From Cyanobacteriota bacterium (lineage in GTDB: Bacteria; Cyanobacteriota; Cyanobacteriia; Cyanobacteriales; Nostocaceae): DNA of 64,000 bases. Every line of letters begins with the position of its first letter. The first letter of the stretch is position 1. The position numbers were made by a program, and so were the translations under genes. The notes beneath the pieces are model-generated. The model saw only the letters and a program-made list of their open reading frames with translations, was not told the DNA's origin and ran no database searches. The stretch lies in the NCBI GenBank assembly GCA_046045965.1, contig JBJOKS010000006.1, positions 1 to 64,000 on the forward strand. Reading direction: 5' to 3'. Below, piece after piece: positions 32,181 through 42,455 of the stretch.

Positions 32181-33968
32181 ATGCGAACTCACTATTGCGG
32201 CGAACTCCGAAAAGAGCATATTGGAGAAACTGTTACCTTTTATGGATGGGTAGACCGTCGCCGCGATCATGGGGGCGTGATATTCTTAGATTTACGCGAT
32301 CGCTCAGGCATAGTACAAATTGTCAGCGATCCGCAACGCACCCCAGACTCCTACGAACAGGCCAACGCCATACGCAATGAATACGTTGTTAAAATCACAG
32401 GTAGAGTCACCCAACGCCCCGCAGAATCCCTGAATCCCCGCATTCCTACCGGTGCAGTAGAAATTTACGCGGATCAAATTGAACTCCTCAACGCTGTCCG
32501 CAAACAGTTACCTTTCCAAGTTTCCACCGCAGACACAGAAAACGTGCGGGAAGACTTGCGGTTAAAATATCGTTATTTAGACTTGCGACGGGAACGCATG
32601 GCGCAAAATATGCAACTGCGTCATCAAGTCATTAAAGCAATGCGTCGCTATTTGGAAGATACAGAAGGTTTCATCGAAATTGAAACCCCAGTGCTTACCC
32701 GTTCCACTCCTGAAGGTGCGCGTGATTATATCCTTCCCAGTCGCGTTAATGAAGGTGAATGGTTCGCTTTACCTCAGTCACCCCAACTATTTAAGCAAAT
32801 ATTGATGGTATCGGGTATGGATAGATACTATCAAATTGCGCGATGTTTCCGCGATGAAGATTTACGCGCAGACAGACAACCGGAGTTTACACAATTAGAT
32901 ATGGAAATGAGTTTCATGTCTGAAAATGAAATTATTGAACTCAATGAAAAGTTAGTTTGTCACATTTTCAAAACCGTTAAAGGAATTGATTTACCTCGTC
33001 CTTTTCCGCGTCTCACCTACAAAGATGCGATGAATAAATATGGAAGTGATAAACCAGATACCCGCTACGGTTTGGAATTAGTTGATGTTTCTGATGTTTT
33101 AAAAGATTCGGGTTTCAAAGTTTTTAAAGATGCAATTTCCAAAGGTGGAATAGTTAAAATTCTCCCTATTCCTAACGGTAATGATGCAATTTCTAATGTT
33201 CGCATTAAACCAAATGGTGACATTTTCAGAGAAGCAGCAGAAGCTGGTGCGAAAGGTTTAGCTTATATCCGCGTGCGGGAAAATGGAGAAATTGACACCA
33301 TCGGCGCAATTAAAGATAATTTGACACCAGAACAAAAGCAGGAAATTCTCAACCGTACAGGTGCAAAAGCTGGTCATTTGTTATTATTTGCGGCTGCTGA
33401 TGCTGGTACTGTGAATAAAACTTTAGATAGAATTCGCCAATTTGTAGCTAGGGAATTTAATTTAATTCCAGCAGATAACATTAATTTCCTCTGGGTTACA
33501 GAATTCCCGATGTTTGAATGGAATGCTGATGAAAAACGTCTGGAAGCATTACACCACCCATTTACCGCACCCCATCCTGATGATTTGCATGATTTAAAAA
33601 CCGCCCGCGCTCAAGCCTATGATTTGGTGTTTAATGGGTTTGAAGTTGGTGGTGGAAGTCTGCGAATTTATAAGCGAGAAATTCAAGAACAGGTGTTTGA
33701 AGCTATTGGTTTATCACCAGAAGAAGCACAAAGTAAATTTGGCTTTTTGTTAGAAGCTTTTGAATATGGTACACCTCCTCATGGTGGTATTGCTTACGGT
33801 GTAGATCGTTTGGTAATGTTGTTAGCTGGAGAAGAATCAATTCGTGATGTGATTGCTTTTCCGAAGACTCAACAAGCGCGTTGTTTATTAACAGATGCAC
33901 CTTCAAATGTGGACGCGAAGCAGTTGAAAGAACTTCATGTTGCTTCGACTTTTAAACCGAAAGCGTAA
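32181..33968 (+). CDS. aspS: Aspartate--tRNA ligase
   Basis: [57 protein letters not shown]. Confidence 0.97.
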   Translation: MRTHYCGELRKEHIGETVTFYGWVDRRRDHGGVIFLDLRDRSGIVQIVSDPQRTPDSYEQANAIRNEYVVKITGRVTQRPAESLNPRIPTGAVEIYADQIELLNAVRKQLPFQVSTADTENVREDLRLKYRYLDLRRERMAQNMQLRHQVIKAMRRYLEDTEGFIEIETPVLTRSTPEGARDYILPSRVNEGEWFALPQSPQLFKQILMVSGMDRYYQIARCFRDEDLRADRQPEFTQLDMEMSFMSENEIIELNEKLVCHIFKTVKGIDLPRPFPRLTYKDAMNKYGSDKPDTRYGLELVDVSDVLKDSGFKVFKDAISKGGIVKILPIPNGNDAISNVRIKPNGDIFREAAEAGAKGLAYIRVRENGEIDTIGAIKDNLTPEQKQEILNRTGAKAGHLLLFAAADAGTVNKTLDRIRQFVAREFNLIPADNINFLWVTEFPMFEWNADEKRLEALHHPFTAPHPDDLHDLKTARAQAYDLVFNGFEVGGGSLRIYKREIQEQVFEAIGLSPEEAQSKFGFLLEAFEYGTPPHGGIAYGVDRLVMLLAGEESIRDVIAFPKTQQARCLLTDAPSNVDAKQLKELHVASTFKPKA

Positions 33969-33989
33969 GTGATTACAACTTTTGTTATT

Positions 33990-34025
33990 CCCTCTGCTAA
34001 GTTTTTAGTGGAGGGTTTATTTTTT
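33990..34025 (+). terminator. Rho-independent terminator of aspS
   Basis: Stem CCCTCTGCTAA/TTAGTGGAGGG (two G-U pairs) followed by a T tract. Confidence 0.7.
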
Positions 34026-34035
34026 ATGATTTATT

Positions 34036-35071
34036 TCACGCAGAGACGCAGAGGAGCAGAGAAGAGAAAAAGAGTATGGTATAAAAATATATTAGTTATA
34101 TTTGTGAGATAAGATGTCAATTCCTGATTTTCAATCTATTATGCTTCCTTTGTTGCAATATGCAGGTGATGGTAAGGAGCATTCTTTAAGAGAAGCTATT
34201 ATATCTTTAGCTGATATTTTTAATTTAAGTGATGAGGAAAAAAAGGAATTATTACCCAGTGGACAGCAAGCTGTTTTTGATAATAGAGTAGGTTGGACTA
34301 GAACTCATTTGAAAAAAGCTGGTTTATTACAAGATCCAAAACGTGGTTTTTTTCAAATTACAGAACGAGGAAAGGAAGTATTAAGTCAAAATCCTGCGGA
34401 AATTAATCTCAAGTTTCTTAATCAATTTCCAGAGTTTATAGAATTTAAAACCAGTAAAAAAGATAATGATAAATCAGAATCAGAAATAATAGAAATATCT
34501 GAAACTACTCCGCAAGAATCTATAGAATTTGGTTATCAGAAAATTAGAAAAGAATTAGAGTTAGAAATATTGAACCGTGTTAAAAGCTGTTCACCTGATT
34601 TTTTTGAACGGTTGGTAGTCGATTTATTGGTAAAAATGGGTTACGGTGGTTCAAGACGTGATGCAGGGAGAGCGATTGGTAAAGGTGGAGATGGGGGAAT
34701 TGATGGGATAATTAAAGAAGATAAATTAGGTTTAGATATTGTTTATATTCAAGCAAAAAGATGGGATAACACGGTTGTGGGTAGACCGGAAATTCAAAAG
34801 TTTGTCGGTGCTTTACATGGACAAAGAGCGAGAAAAGGTGTTTTTATAACTACTTCTAAATTTTCCCAAGAAGCTAGAGAATATGTATCTATAATAGATA
34901 GTAAGATTGTTTTAATAGATGGACAAGAATTAGCGCAATTAATGATTGATAATCATGTGGGTGTATCAACTGTCTCTATTTACGAGATTAAAAAAATAGA
35001 TTCAGACTATTTTACAGATGAGTAATCAAAAACCTCAATCTTCCTCTCTGCGCCTCTGCGCCTCTGCGTGA
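34036..35071. mobile_element. mrr cassette bounded by 27-bp inverted repeats
   Basis: 34036-34062 TCACGCAGAGACGCAGAGGAGCAGAGA matches the reverse complement of 35045-35071 at 25/27. Confidence 0.5.
34114..35025 (+). CDS. mrr: Mrr type IV (modification-dependent) restriction endonuclease
   Basis: N-terminal MSIPDFQ...NRVGWTRTHLKKAGLL; catalytic domain DGGIDG...IQAKRW, GVFITTS, LIDG. Confidence 0.92.
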   Translation: MSIPDFQSIMLPLLQYAGDGKEHSLREAIISLADIFNLSDEEKKELLPSGQQAVFDNRVGWTRTHLKKAGLLQDPKRGFFQITERGKEVLSQNPAEINLKFLNQFPEFIEFKTSKKDNDKSESEIIEISETTPQESIEFGYQKIRKELELEILNRVKSCSPDFFERLVVDLLVKMGYGGSRRDAGRAIGKGGDGGIDGIIKEDKLGLDIVYIQAKRWDNTVVGRPEIQKFVGALHGQRARKGVFITTSKFSQEAREYVSIIDSKIVLIDGQELAQLMIDNHVGVSTVSIYEIKKIDSDYFTDE

Positions 35072-35085
35072 GATATTCTTATATT

Positions 35086-35116
35086 AAAAAACAGGGGAAA
35101 ATCAAAAATCCCCTGT
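35086..35116 (-). terminator. Rho-independent terminator of aroA
   Basis: Stem ACAGGGGA/TCCCCTGT with adjacent A5 (U tract on minus strand). Confidence 0.6.
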
Positions 35117-35121
35117 CAAAT

Positions 35122-36471
35122 TTATCGACAAACTTCCTCTAAAGTGCTGGTAAAATTAGGATAAGAAATAGCCGCAGCTTCCGCACGGTGAATAGTCGTA
35201 GTACCACTAGCATTGAGAGCAGCGATCGCTAAACTCATTCCTATTCTATGATCTGTATGGCTGTCTACCTCCGCACCCATTAAAGCAGTACCACCAGTAA
35301 TTTCCATCCCATCGGGTAATTCTGTCACTTTTGCACCCATTTTATTGAGTTGTTGCGCCATCACGGTAATGCGATCGCTCTCTTTAACCCGCAATTCTGC
35401 CGCATCTCTAATAATTGTTGTCCCTTGGGCAAACGTCGCAGCTACCGCTAAAATGGGAATTTCATCAATTAATCTCGGTATAATATCCCCAGCAATAGTA
35501 CAGCTTTTTAACTGACTAGAACGCACCCGTAAATCTGCGACCGGTTCCCCAGCCACTTCTCGCTGATTTTCTAGCTGGATATCTGCACCCATCATTGCTA
35601 AAGCTTCTAAAATTCCCGTGCGGGTAGGGTTCACACCTACATTTTCCACCACCAACTCAGAACCGGGAACAATAGAACCCGCAACTAACCAAAAAGCCGC
35701 AGAACTAATATCACCAGGAACAACAACTTTTTGACCGTATAACCTCGCATTTCCTGTTACAGTCACGCTGTTAGTCTCCGGGTCTATACTTAATTCTGCC
35801 CCAAAAGCCCTTAACATCCGTTCGCTGTGATCTCGTGATAAAGCAGGTTCACTGACAGTAGTTTTACCGTCAGTGTTTAAACCAGCCAGCAAAATACAGG
35901 ATTTTACCTGCGCCGAAGCGATGGGAGAATGATAATGAATCGGTTTAAGTGCTTGTCCTTGAATTGCTAAGGGTGCTAGGGTGTTACCTTTGCGTCCCCA
36001 AATTTCTGCGGCCATTTGTTGTAAAGGTTTGACAACACGGGACATGGGACGCGATCGCAAAGAATCATCACCTGTCACCGTAAAAAACCGCCCAGGATGG
36101 GAAGCTAACAAACCTAACATCAGTCTGATGGTTGTTCCAGAGTTACCCGCGTTCAACACATCCACAGGTTCTTGAAAGTTCCCTAAACCAATACCTTTAA
36201 CCCGCACCAACTCTGTATTTAATTCGGAAATTTCCGCACCCAGCGCCCGAAAACAGTGAGCAGTGCTGCGGGGATCTTCACCCAAAAGCAGTCCTTGAAT
36301 CTCAGTTTCACCTTCAGCGATCGCACCCAACATCAAAGCCCGATGGGAAATTGATTTATCCCCAGGAACTCGGATGCGACCCTGTAGAGACAGGCCAGCG
36401 GGGGGTCGCTGAATAATTAGGTTATGAGAAGCGTTTTCTTGAGTTTCTAAAGTTATAACAGCAGCCGACAT
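35122..36471 (-). CDS. aroA: 3-phosphoshikimate 1-carboxyvinyltransferase
   Basis: [38 protein letters not shown]. Confidence 0.97.
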   Translation of the reverse strand: MSAAVITLETQENASHNLIIQRPPAGLSLQGRIRVPGDKSISHRALMLGAIAEGETEIQGLLLGEDPRSTAHCFRALGAEISELNTELVRVKGIGLGNFQEPVDVLNAGNSGTTIRLMLGLLASHPGRFFTVTGDDSLRSRPMSRVVKPLQQMAAEIWGRKGNTLAPLAIQGQALKPIHYHSPIASAQVKSCILLAGLNTDGKTTVSEPALSRDHSERMLRAFGAELSIDPETNSVTVTGNARLYGQKVVVPGDISSAAFWLVAGSIVPGSELVVENVGVNPTRTGILEALAMMGADIQLENQREVAGEPVADLRVRSSQLKSCTIAGDIIPRLIDEIPILAVAATFAQGTTIIRDAAELRVKESDRITVMAQQLNKMGAKVTELPDGMEITGGTALMGAEVDSHTDHRIGMSLAIAALNASGTTTIHRAEAAAISYPNFTSTLEEVCR

Positions 36472-36866
36472 TAGTATAAACTAGCTTTTGAATAGATTGG
36501 AAATTTCTCAGTGACTTCTGATGCTGCCACTCCCTAGTATCCTACCGCTTTTCGTCGTCCGCAACTTACTCAAATCTGCCCAAGTTTAATAGATAATACA
36601 GATGAATTATGGAGTGTGGAAAATTCTAAGTTTTGACAAAAATATTCACAACCTTGATTTACAGACTGACTATACCTAGAAAAAACATCATTTTCGCGGT
36701 TTAGCTTTCGATCCTATCTTTTTGCATCTTGATTTGTCTAGATTAACAAATTAGTAGATTCGGTTAATATTAAGCAGGTTTTACTATTTAGTTGCTTAAA
36801 CTCACTTTTTAGATCACCTAGTGTTCATTTGATTTTATTCTACAGCTTCTCACACTTATTGCTCTC

Positions 36867-37379
36867 ATGCTCACCCATCACCGCAAACCTGTTTGTTTAT
36901 CAATTATTTCCACAGACTTACCAGTTTGGTCTGTTATGGAAACTGCTGGAACACTGTATCAAAAAGATACAGATCAATTTCATTTACTATTGACAGCACC
37001 ACCTCTAATTAGTTGTGAAATAGGAAGTTTACTGAGTCCAGAAGATACCCTTCATCAGACTAGAAAAAATCTTGACACACCCACCAGTCCCAGAATTTTG
37101 TGGTTGGAAATATCCCCTTACCGAGTAACTATGACTATGCAAGGTAACACTCAAGTAAGTTATCGACATTTCTGGGAACAAGGCGTTTATGGTATTAGTC
37201 GCTATTGGTTGCCCAATGAATCTTTACAACCACAAAAGCCAATTCGCTTACGTAATTTTACTAATAGCTTGAACCTCAGCAGACAAGGTTTACCAGAACA
37301 TTTGCGAATTGAGTATGAATTGTGGTCAGACAAACTCCAATTGGGACGCTATATACTGAATTTGGAAATCGACAACTGA
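36867..37379 (+). CDS. Conserved cyanobacterial hypothetical protein
   Basis: 170-aa ORF filling the gap; no recognised motif. Confidence 0.65.
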   Translation: MLTHHRKPVCLSIISTDLPVWSVMETAGTLYQKDTDQFHLLLTAPPLISCEIGSLLSPEDTLHQTRKNLDTPTSPRILWLEISPYRVTMTMQGNTQVSYRHFWEQGVYGISRYWLPNESLQPQKPIRLRNFTNSLNLSRQGLPEHLRIEYELWSDKLQLGRYILNLEIDN

Positions 37380-37408
37380 TAATTTTTAGTTGTTCAGTTA
37401 TCAGTTGT

Positions 37409-37440
37409 CCCTGTTCCCTGTTCCCTGTCACCTGTTCCCT
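37409..37440. repeat. STRR heptamer repeat (CCTGTTC/CCTGTCA)n
   Basis: Read directly between convergent genes. Confidence 0.8.
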
Positions 37441-37445
37441 ATTTA

Positions 37446-38021
37446 CTAATAACCAGGTTCGTTTCCTGGTTTCCATTTAATATTGCACCCAATACTCGGC
37501 TGTTGTTCACTTGTAACTGCTTGATCAGCCAAAACAGCTTCAATTGCTGCTCGTAAATCTGCACCTGTGACCGGTTTATTATTACTAGGGCGGCTATCAT
37601 CTAATTGTCCGCGATACACTAGGTTTCTTTGGTGATCAAATAGGAAAAAATCAGGTGTGCAAGCTGCTGTGTAAGCTTTTGCTGTGGCTTGGGTTTCGTC
37701 GTAACACAAAGGAAATTTAAATCCTAACTCAGCTGCCATTTCTTTTAATGATTCAGGTGCATCATTGGGGTAGTTTTGAGCATCGTTAGCACTAATAGCA
37801 ACAATTCCTAAATCAGTATTGAAGTAATCTTTTCCTAATTGGGCTAATTCTGTTTGAATATGCTTGACAAATGGACAATGCCGACAAATAAACATCACTA
37901 GTAATGCTTTTTTGTCTGCAAAATTAGCCAGTGAAATATTCTCTCCAGATACCACTTCTGGTAGATGAAATTCTGGTGCTTTAGTACCTAGCGGTAACAT
38001 TGTTGAAGCAGTTAAAACCAT
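37446..38021 (-). CDS. AhpC/TSA thioredoxin-family protein
   Basis: FICRHCPFV, AACTPDFF, YRGQLDDSRP, SIGCNIKW. Confidence 0.9.
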   Translation of the reverse strand: MVLTASTMLPLGTKAPEFHLPEVVSGENISLANFADKKALLVMFICRHCPFVKHIQTELAQLGKDYFNTDLGIVAISANDAQNYPNDAPESLKEMAAELGFKFPLCYDETQATAKAYTAACTPDFFLFDHQRNLVYRGQLDDSRPSNNKPVTGADLRAAIEAVLADQAVTSEQQPSIGCNIKWKPGNEPGY

Positions 38022-38085
38022 AGATTCCCCTTTGCTTAATGCTTACAACATACCATGAAATTTTTTCAAAAATTCCCAAAATTAA

Positions 38086-38105
38086 AGACGGGAATTTTCC
38101 CGTCT
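38086..38105 (-). terminator. Hairpin downstream of hli (probable terminator)
   Basis: AGACGGGAA/TTCCCGTCT inverted repeat. Confidence 0.5.
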
Positions 38106-38149
38106 CTCTAATTTTTAAACTGTTTTTTAAGCAAATTTTTAATTATTTT

Positions 38150-38365
38150 TTACAGGCTGGACAAAATTCCGATCACACCGTGTCCTGTGAATACCTCTAA
38201 TGCTATCAGTGAAATGAAACCAATCATTGCTAAACGACCGTTGAGTAGTTCTGCGTAGGGTGTAAAGCCAGTGCGATCGCCTTGTTCGTCTATATATATC
38301 TTTGGCTCAACCGCGAAGTTATTCATTTTACCTTGGTCGTCAATCATAGAACCGCTTGCACGCAT
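38150..38365 (-). CDS. hli: High-light-inducible (CAB/ELIP/HLIP) protein
   Basis: GFTPYAELLNGRLAMIGF, chlorophyll-binding ExxNxR motif. Confidence 0.92.
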   Translation of the reverse strand: MRASGSMIDDQGKMNNFAVEPKIYIDEQGDRTGFTPYAELLNGRLAMIGFISLIALEVFTGHGVIGILSSL

Positions 38366-38389
38366 TGGTTTATTTCCTTAATTTTTCGT

Positions 38390-38407
38390 TATGTAAAGAA
38401 CTGTAAC
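38390..38407 (-). promoter_or_regulatory. HLR1 (RpaB-binding) motif upstream of hli
   Basis: Minus strand GTTACAGT-TC-TTTACATA against consensus (G/T)TTACA(T/A)(T/A)-N2 direct repeat; extra half site at 38421-38428. Confidence 0.7.
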
Positions 38408-38564
38408 AATAAAATTAATATTTGTAAAGTATCTTGAGCATCTATAGCTATAAATCAAGGTAGAGATATGATCATCCATTGGGTGTAATTTCTCCCATCT
38501 TGCATAAATCAACTTTCTATCAAGTCAGTTGCTGTTTTTATAAAAATCCTTAGTCTTGAGTAAT

Positions 38565-39287
38565 ATGGATAAATTTAGAGTAGAAATTATTGCTAAAACG
38601 CCAAACCCCCAACAAGTCATTTATGCTGCAATGCACCAAGACTATACAGATGGGTTTGTTTATGATCAACGTGACTCCTGGCCTTCAGAGTCAAAATGTG
38701 GTGAAATTATTGTCAAGCAACTCCTAGCAGGAGAAAGAGGACATTACGGACCATTAGAACATCCGCAAATAATTTTTAACTGTGGTTACTTTCCTCATAG
38801 CGTGATGCAGCAAGCACGCACCCATAGGGTAGGTGTATCATTTGATGTGCAATCTTTCCGATACACTGGCAACCAGTTTATTGAAGTGGTAGAAGGTAAA
38901 AAAGATATAGAAGATGTTTTTTACTTACGTCCTGTTGGTTATTACACCGATAGACAAGGAAAAAAATATTATTATTCACCAGAAAAAAGAGCAGCAGACT
39001 TGCAATGGTGTTTAGAAGCTGCAAAACAATACAAAATAGACTTTGAAGCTGGAATGTCTGAGGAACATATCAGAGGTAAAATGCCCTTTGATTATCGTCA
39101 ACATTTTATTGTAAGTTTTAATGTTAGGTCATTTTTACATTTTTCTGATTTGAGAAATAAGAAAGATGCTCAACTAGAAATTCAAAAGTTATGTGAATTA
39201 ATGTGGCCTCATTTTGAAGAATGGATTCCTGCAATAGCTGAATGGTACAAAAAATACCGATTGGGTAAAGGAAGATTAGCACCTTAA
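38565..39287 (+). CDS. thyX: FAD-dependent thymidylate synthase
   Basis: GHYGPLEH, QARTHRVGVSFDVQSFRY, AQLEIQ. Confidence 0.92.
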   Translation: MDKFRVEIIAKTPNPQQVIYAAMHQDYTDGFVYDQRDSWPSESKCGEIIVKQLLAGERGHYGPLEHPQIIFNCGYFPHSVMQQARTHRVGVSFDVQSFRYTGNQFIEVVEGKKDIEDVFYLRPVGYYTDRQGKKYYYSPEKRAADLQWCLEAAKQYKIDFEAGMSEEHIRGKMPFDYRQHFIVSFNVRSFLHFSDLRNKKDAQLEIQKLCELMWPHFEEWIPAIAEWYKKYRLGKGRLAP

Positions 39288-39289
39288 AA

Positions 39290-39360
39290 TAAAATGGTAA
39301 TTCAAAGTATTTACTAAAGGTATAACTTTGACCAGGTTGAAGAATACGAGGACGACTCAT
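39290..39360 (-). pseudogene. Truncated 5' fragment of a cyanobacterial hypothetical gene
   Basis: ATG 4 nt after the upstream stop; MSRPRILQPGQSYTFSKYFELPF then runs antisense into thyX. Confidence 0.45.
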
Positions 39361-39364
39361 AAAA

Positions 39365-39802
39365 TCATGTACATTGATTCTGATAGATTTTTAAATTTTC
39401 AACAGACTGTAAATATTCTAACAATAACAATCTCAAGTAATCCAACACCCTAATATAATCCTTCATCTGTTCATACTTGCCATTACTGTTAAAGTAAAAT
39501 TCCCCAATTTGGGTGATACTAAAAACTCGCATTGCTTGTAATTGAGAAATTACCTGCTCCTTATTAACTATTTGAGATGTAGCTGCAATTTGACTGGCAT
39601 AACCTCTTAAATTTACTGTTAAAAGTTCAATTTCTTCTAACAGTGAAAACTCTTCATTTTCTGGTGGAAACTGAGTAGCAATTTCTTTTCTTTCACTGCG
39701 GGTATTTTGATAAGCATTGGTTAATTGTGGTAATAATTGAGCAATATTTCTCTTAATTAATTCCTGCTCATTTAAAATTGCTTCAGTCATCGTTAACTCC
39801 AT
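39365..39802 (-). CDS. Hypothetical protein
   Basis: 145-aa helical ORF; no motif recognised. Confidence 0.65.
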   Translation of the reverse strand: MELTMTEAILNEQELIKRNIAQLLPQLTNAYQNTRSERKEIATQFPPENEEFSLLEEIELLTVNLRGYASQIAATSQIVNKEQVISQLQAMRVFSITQIGEFYFNSNGKYEQMKDYIRVLDYLRLLLLEYLQSVENLKIYQNQCT

Positions 39803-39990
39803 AAGTAACTATCTTTTCGCTACCATATTTGTCTGGTCTGACAATCAGATATTCATTACCTTTTCGATATACTGCTGAACTATCTCCACGATATCCAGTT
39901 TTTGGAACTCTGACTGCTCCTTTTTTATTAAAGTTATGAGCTTTGCGTAAATACTTTAACGGGTCAATATCACTTTTCTGCTTTTGAAAT

Positions 39991-40572
39991 TTAAACCCTA
40001 GCTAAAGTTACAACACCTAACTGGTCTTGGTACTTACCCTGGCGTGCTTCGTAATTCACAGCACAAGGCGCTCCTTCCAAAAACATTAATTGTACTATAC
40101 CTTCATTGGCATAAATACGACAGTCAGCACTAGAAGCATTAGATAACTCCAAGGTCAAATAACCGCGCCAAGCCGCTTCCGCAGGAGTTACGTTTGCTAT
40201 TATACCACATCTTGCGTAAGTGCTTTTACCTATACAGATTACTGTAATATTATCTGGTATTTCTAGTCTTTCCAGCGCCACCCCAAGTCCGTAGGAATGT
40301 GCTGGAAGGATAAAATAACTACCATTTTCATCGGTATGGAGTTTCGTTGCTTCCAAGTTTTCGGGATTAAAATTTTTAGGATCAACTACAGTTCCTGGAA
40401 TATGTCTAAAAATACGGAAATCATTAGCAGATAGCCTGATATCATAGCCAAAGCTACTAAGGCCAAATGAAATTACAGGTAGTTCTTCAAAATGACGGAT
40501 TAAACTCGGCTCAAAAGGCGAAATCATACCTTTTTGAGCCATTTCGGTAATCCAGATATCGTTCTTAATCAC
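39991..40572 (-). CDS. dcd: dCTP deaminase
   Basis: GTG start; GLSSFGYDIRL, GKSTYARCG, TPAEAAWRG, YANEGI, GKYQDQ. Confidence 0.93.
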   Translation of the reverse strand: MIKNDIWITEMAQKGMISPFEPSLIRHFEELPVISFGLSSFGYDIRLSANDFRIFRHIPGTVVDPKNFNPENLEATKLHTDENGSYFILPAHSYGLGVALERLEIPDNITVICIGKSTYARCGIIANVTPAEAAWRGYLTLELSNASSADCRIYANEGIVQLMFLEGAPCAVNYEARQGKYQDQLGVVTLARV

Positions 40573-40788
40573 AAATTCACGGGTAATTCAAACCAAGTTA
40601 ATAGGATATCGTGAATTGGTATTTTCTTTAAGACCATTTATATAAAAATGTGGCTATATTGGCTAAAGCATAGACGAAAAATATTGCCATAGACTTCAGC
40701 ATCTACCTGATGTAGTGCAGCAGAACTAATTATTAAATTCTCAAAACCGTATATATTTACTTATACATTTGAGGACTTGTACTGATTT

Positions 40789-42407
40789 AAAACGAGCGCG
40801 GCAGGGTTCGAACCTGCCTCATAACCTTAAACCCTTATGATTACGTTACTCAAGGTTTACTCACATCAAACCAAGAAAACAAGTGAGTAAAAAGTGAGTA
40901 AAAAAATAGAAGTTGGTGGTGACGGTAATTTTGGCAATTTTGAAGACCTGCTTAAATACTATAAAACAGTGTCAACACAATTACCCAAAGGTATTAGCTT
41001 TAAAAAACAAGGTAAGTACCTGTATCTACAGTTTGTGCATCCAGGAACCACATCGAGATTACCAGGGAAAGTAGATTACGGTTTTAGCTACAAAGGTCTT
41101 ATCAAAGCAAAAGAGGACGCGTTTAGAGTTGCTGAAAAGTTAGATACCATAACCAGCGTTACTGACTTTTGGGAGTGGTACGAGAGAGAGATACAAGGCA
41201 AGAAGGAAGTAATTGACAATAGAATTACCTACCGCGAGATTTTTGAAAAGATACGAGATAATTATTTTTCCGGCAAACATAAAAATAATTCAAGACATAA
41301 ACGCAATAAAGCCGGAATAAGTGAAAATGCAAGCTTTAATAATGTTTACGGATATGTGTTTAAGCGGTTTACTGACTGGGATAAACAGCCTACTTGGGAA
41401 GATATCAAAGCTGTTTTATTTAGCTGGGAACAAGGAAGTAAATCTTTCAAGGATAGCTACACGGTAATCAAAAAAATTATCAGCTATTGTCCTAACAAAG
41501 ATAAGTTACTAGCTTTATTATCTGAAATTAACTACAAACAAACTGATTTTAAGGAAAAACAATCAATTAGCTTAGAGCAGTTTTTAATATGGCATGATAA
41601 AGCATTAAATGATGCTAACGATAGGTATAGAGATAACCGAGAATGCTGGTTATGGGTAGCGTCAATGTGTGTGGTTTACGGCTTACGTCCATCTGAAATA
41701 GCAGCAGCATTAAACCTCACAAAACCACCTTTTTCACCCCAAAGCATAACTCCTCTGAACTCGACGAAAAAAAGATTGGGAGTGCTGCTAATGAACTTAG
41801 TCAAGGGTGAGCTTGCGAGTTTACAAAGCCCTTGACTTAGTGAATGCAGCACGTAAAATTTAGCCGCGAGTTCAAGAGATTGTCCCTTGTAAGTCATTTT
41901 TTATTTTATTAAATGATTTTATTTAATAAATTCACTCACAAACACTAAAATCATGAGTTTCTAATAGGTCAAATGTACTATTTGCCAGGGTTTTCTCAAT
42001 AGTGAATACTTATTGATAATAAAAATACTCTGATTTGCTGTTATTTTGACCTGTACCAAATGAATATGGAAAACCACACTAGGTTAGGTGGTTTCGTTTG
42101 TTGTAGAGGAAAATAGCTGTAACTCAGATAGGGTAAGTATTCTAGCTGCCAATATGTCTGTACTAAGGTAGTATGTTTGTCCTATTGCCACTAATTTGAT
42201 GACTTGCTACTGTGAAGCATCTACTAAGTGATTACTAATACATAAGTACCATAGTATGTATGTATTGGTTGTTTACTCAATTGACCTGGTGTATAGTTAG
42301 CTGTTGAGTAAATTTTGAGTAAATTTAGGTGCAGGTTTTGTGGGTTGGGTGTGAAAATCCCGTTCCATAAGCATTAAAAAAACGAGCGCGGCAGGGTTCG
42401 AACCTGC
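40789..42407. mobile_element. Decayed integrative element at the 3' end of tRNA-Arg
   Basis: Identical 29-bp direct repeat AAAACGAGCGCGGCAGGGTTCGAACCTGC at 40789-40817 and 42379-42407 (tRNA 3' end), enclosing a truncated integrase. Confidence 0.85.
40894..41835 (+). pseudogene. C-terminally truncated tyrosine recombinase (cyanobacterial XisA/XisC-like integrase)
   Basis: WLWVASMCVVYGLRPSEI carries the first catalytic Arg box; no downstream HxxR, H/W or Tyr motifs; sequence looks unrelated after about 41727. Confidence 0.75.
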
Positions 42408-42455
42408 GACCGATTGCTTAGAAGGCAATTGCTCTATCCACTGAGCTACGCGCCC
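42383..42455 (-). tRNA. trnR: tRNA-Arg (anticodon TCT)
   Basis: GGGCGCGTAGCTCAGTGGATAGAGCA-ATTGC-CTTCTAA-GCAAT-CGGTCGCAGGTTCGAACCCTGCCGCGCTCG folds as a cloverleaf; CCA not encoded. Confidence 0.97.

Noticed and set aside
37276..37476. 66-aa minus-strand ORF
   Set aside because: Overlaps two genes and translates an STRR (NREQVTGNREQG).
38565..40572. thyX and dcd as phage auxiliary genes of the adjacent island
   Set aside because: They lie outside the att repeats and look like normal cyanobacterial housekeeping copies.
40789..40817. Second tRNA gene
   Set aside because: Only the T-arm and acceptor 3' strand are present; it is the att duplication.
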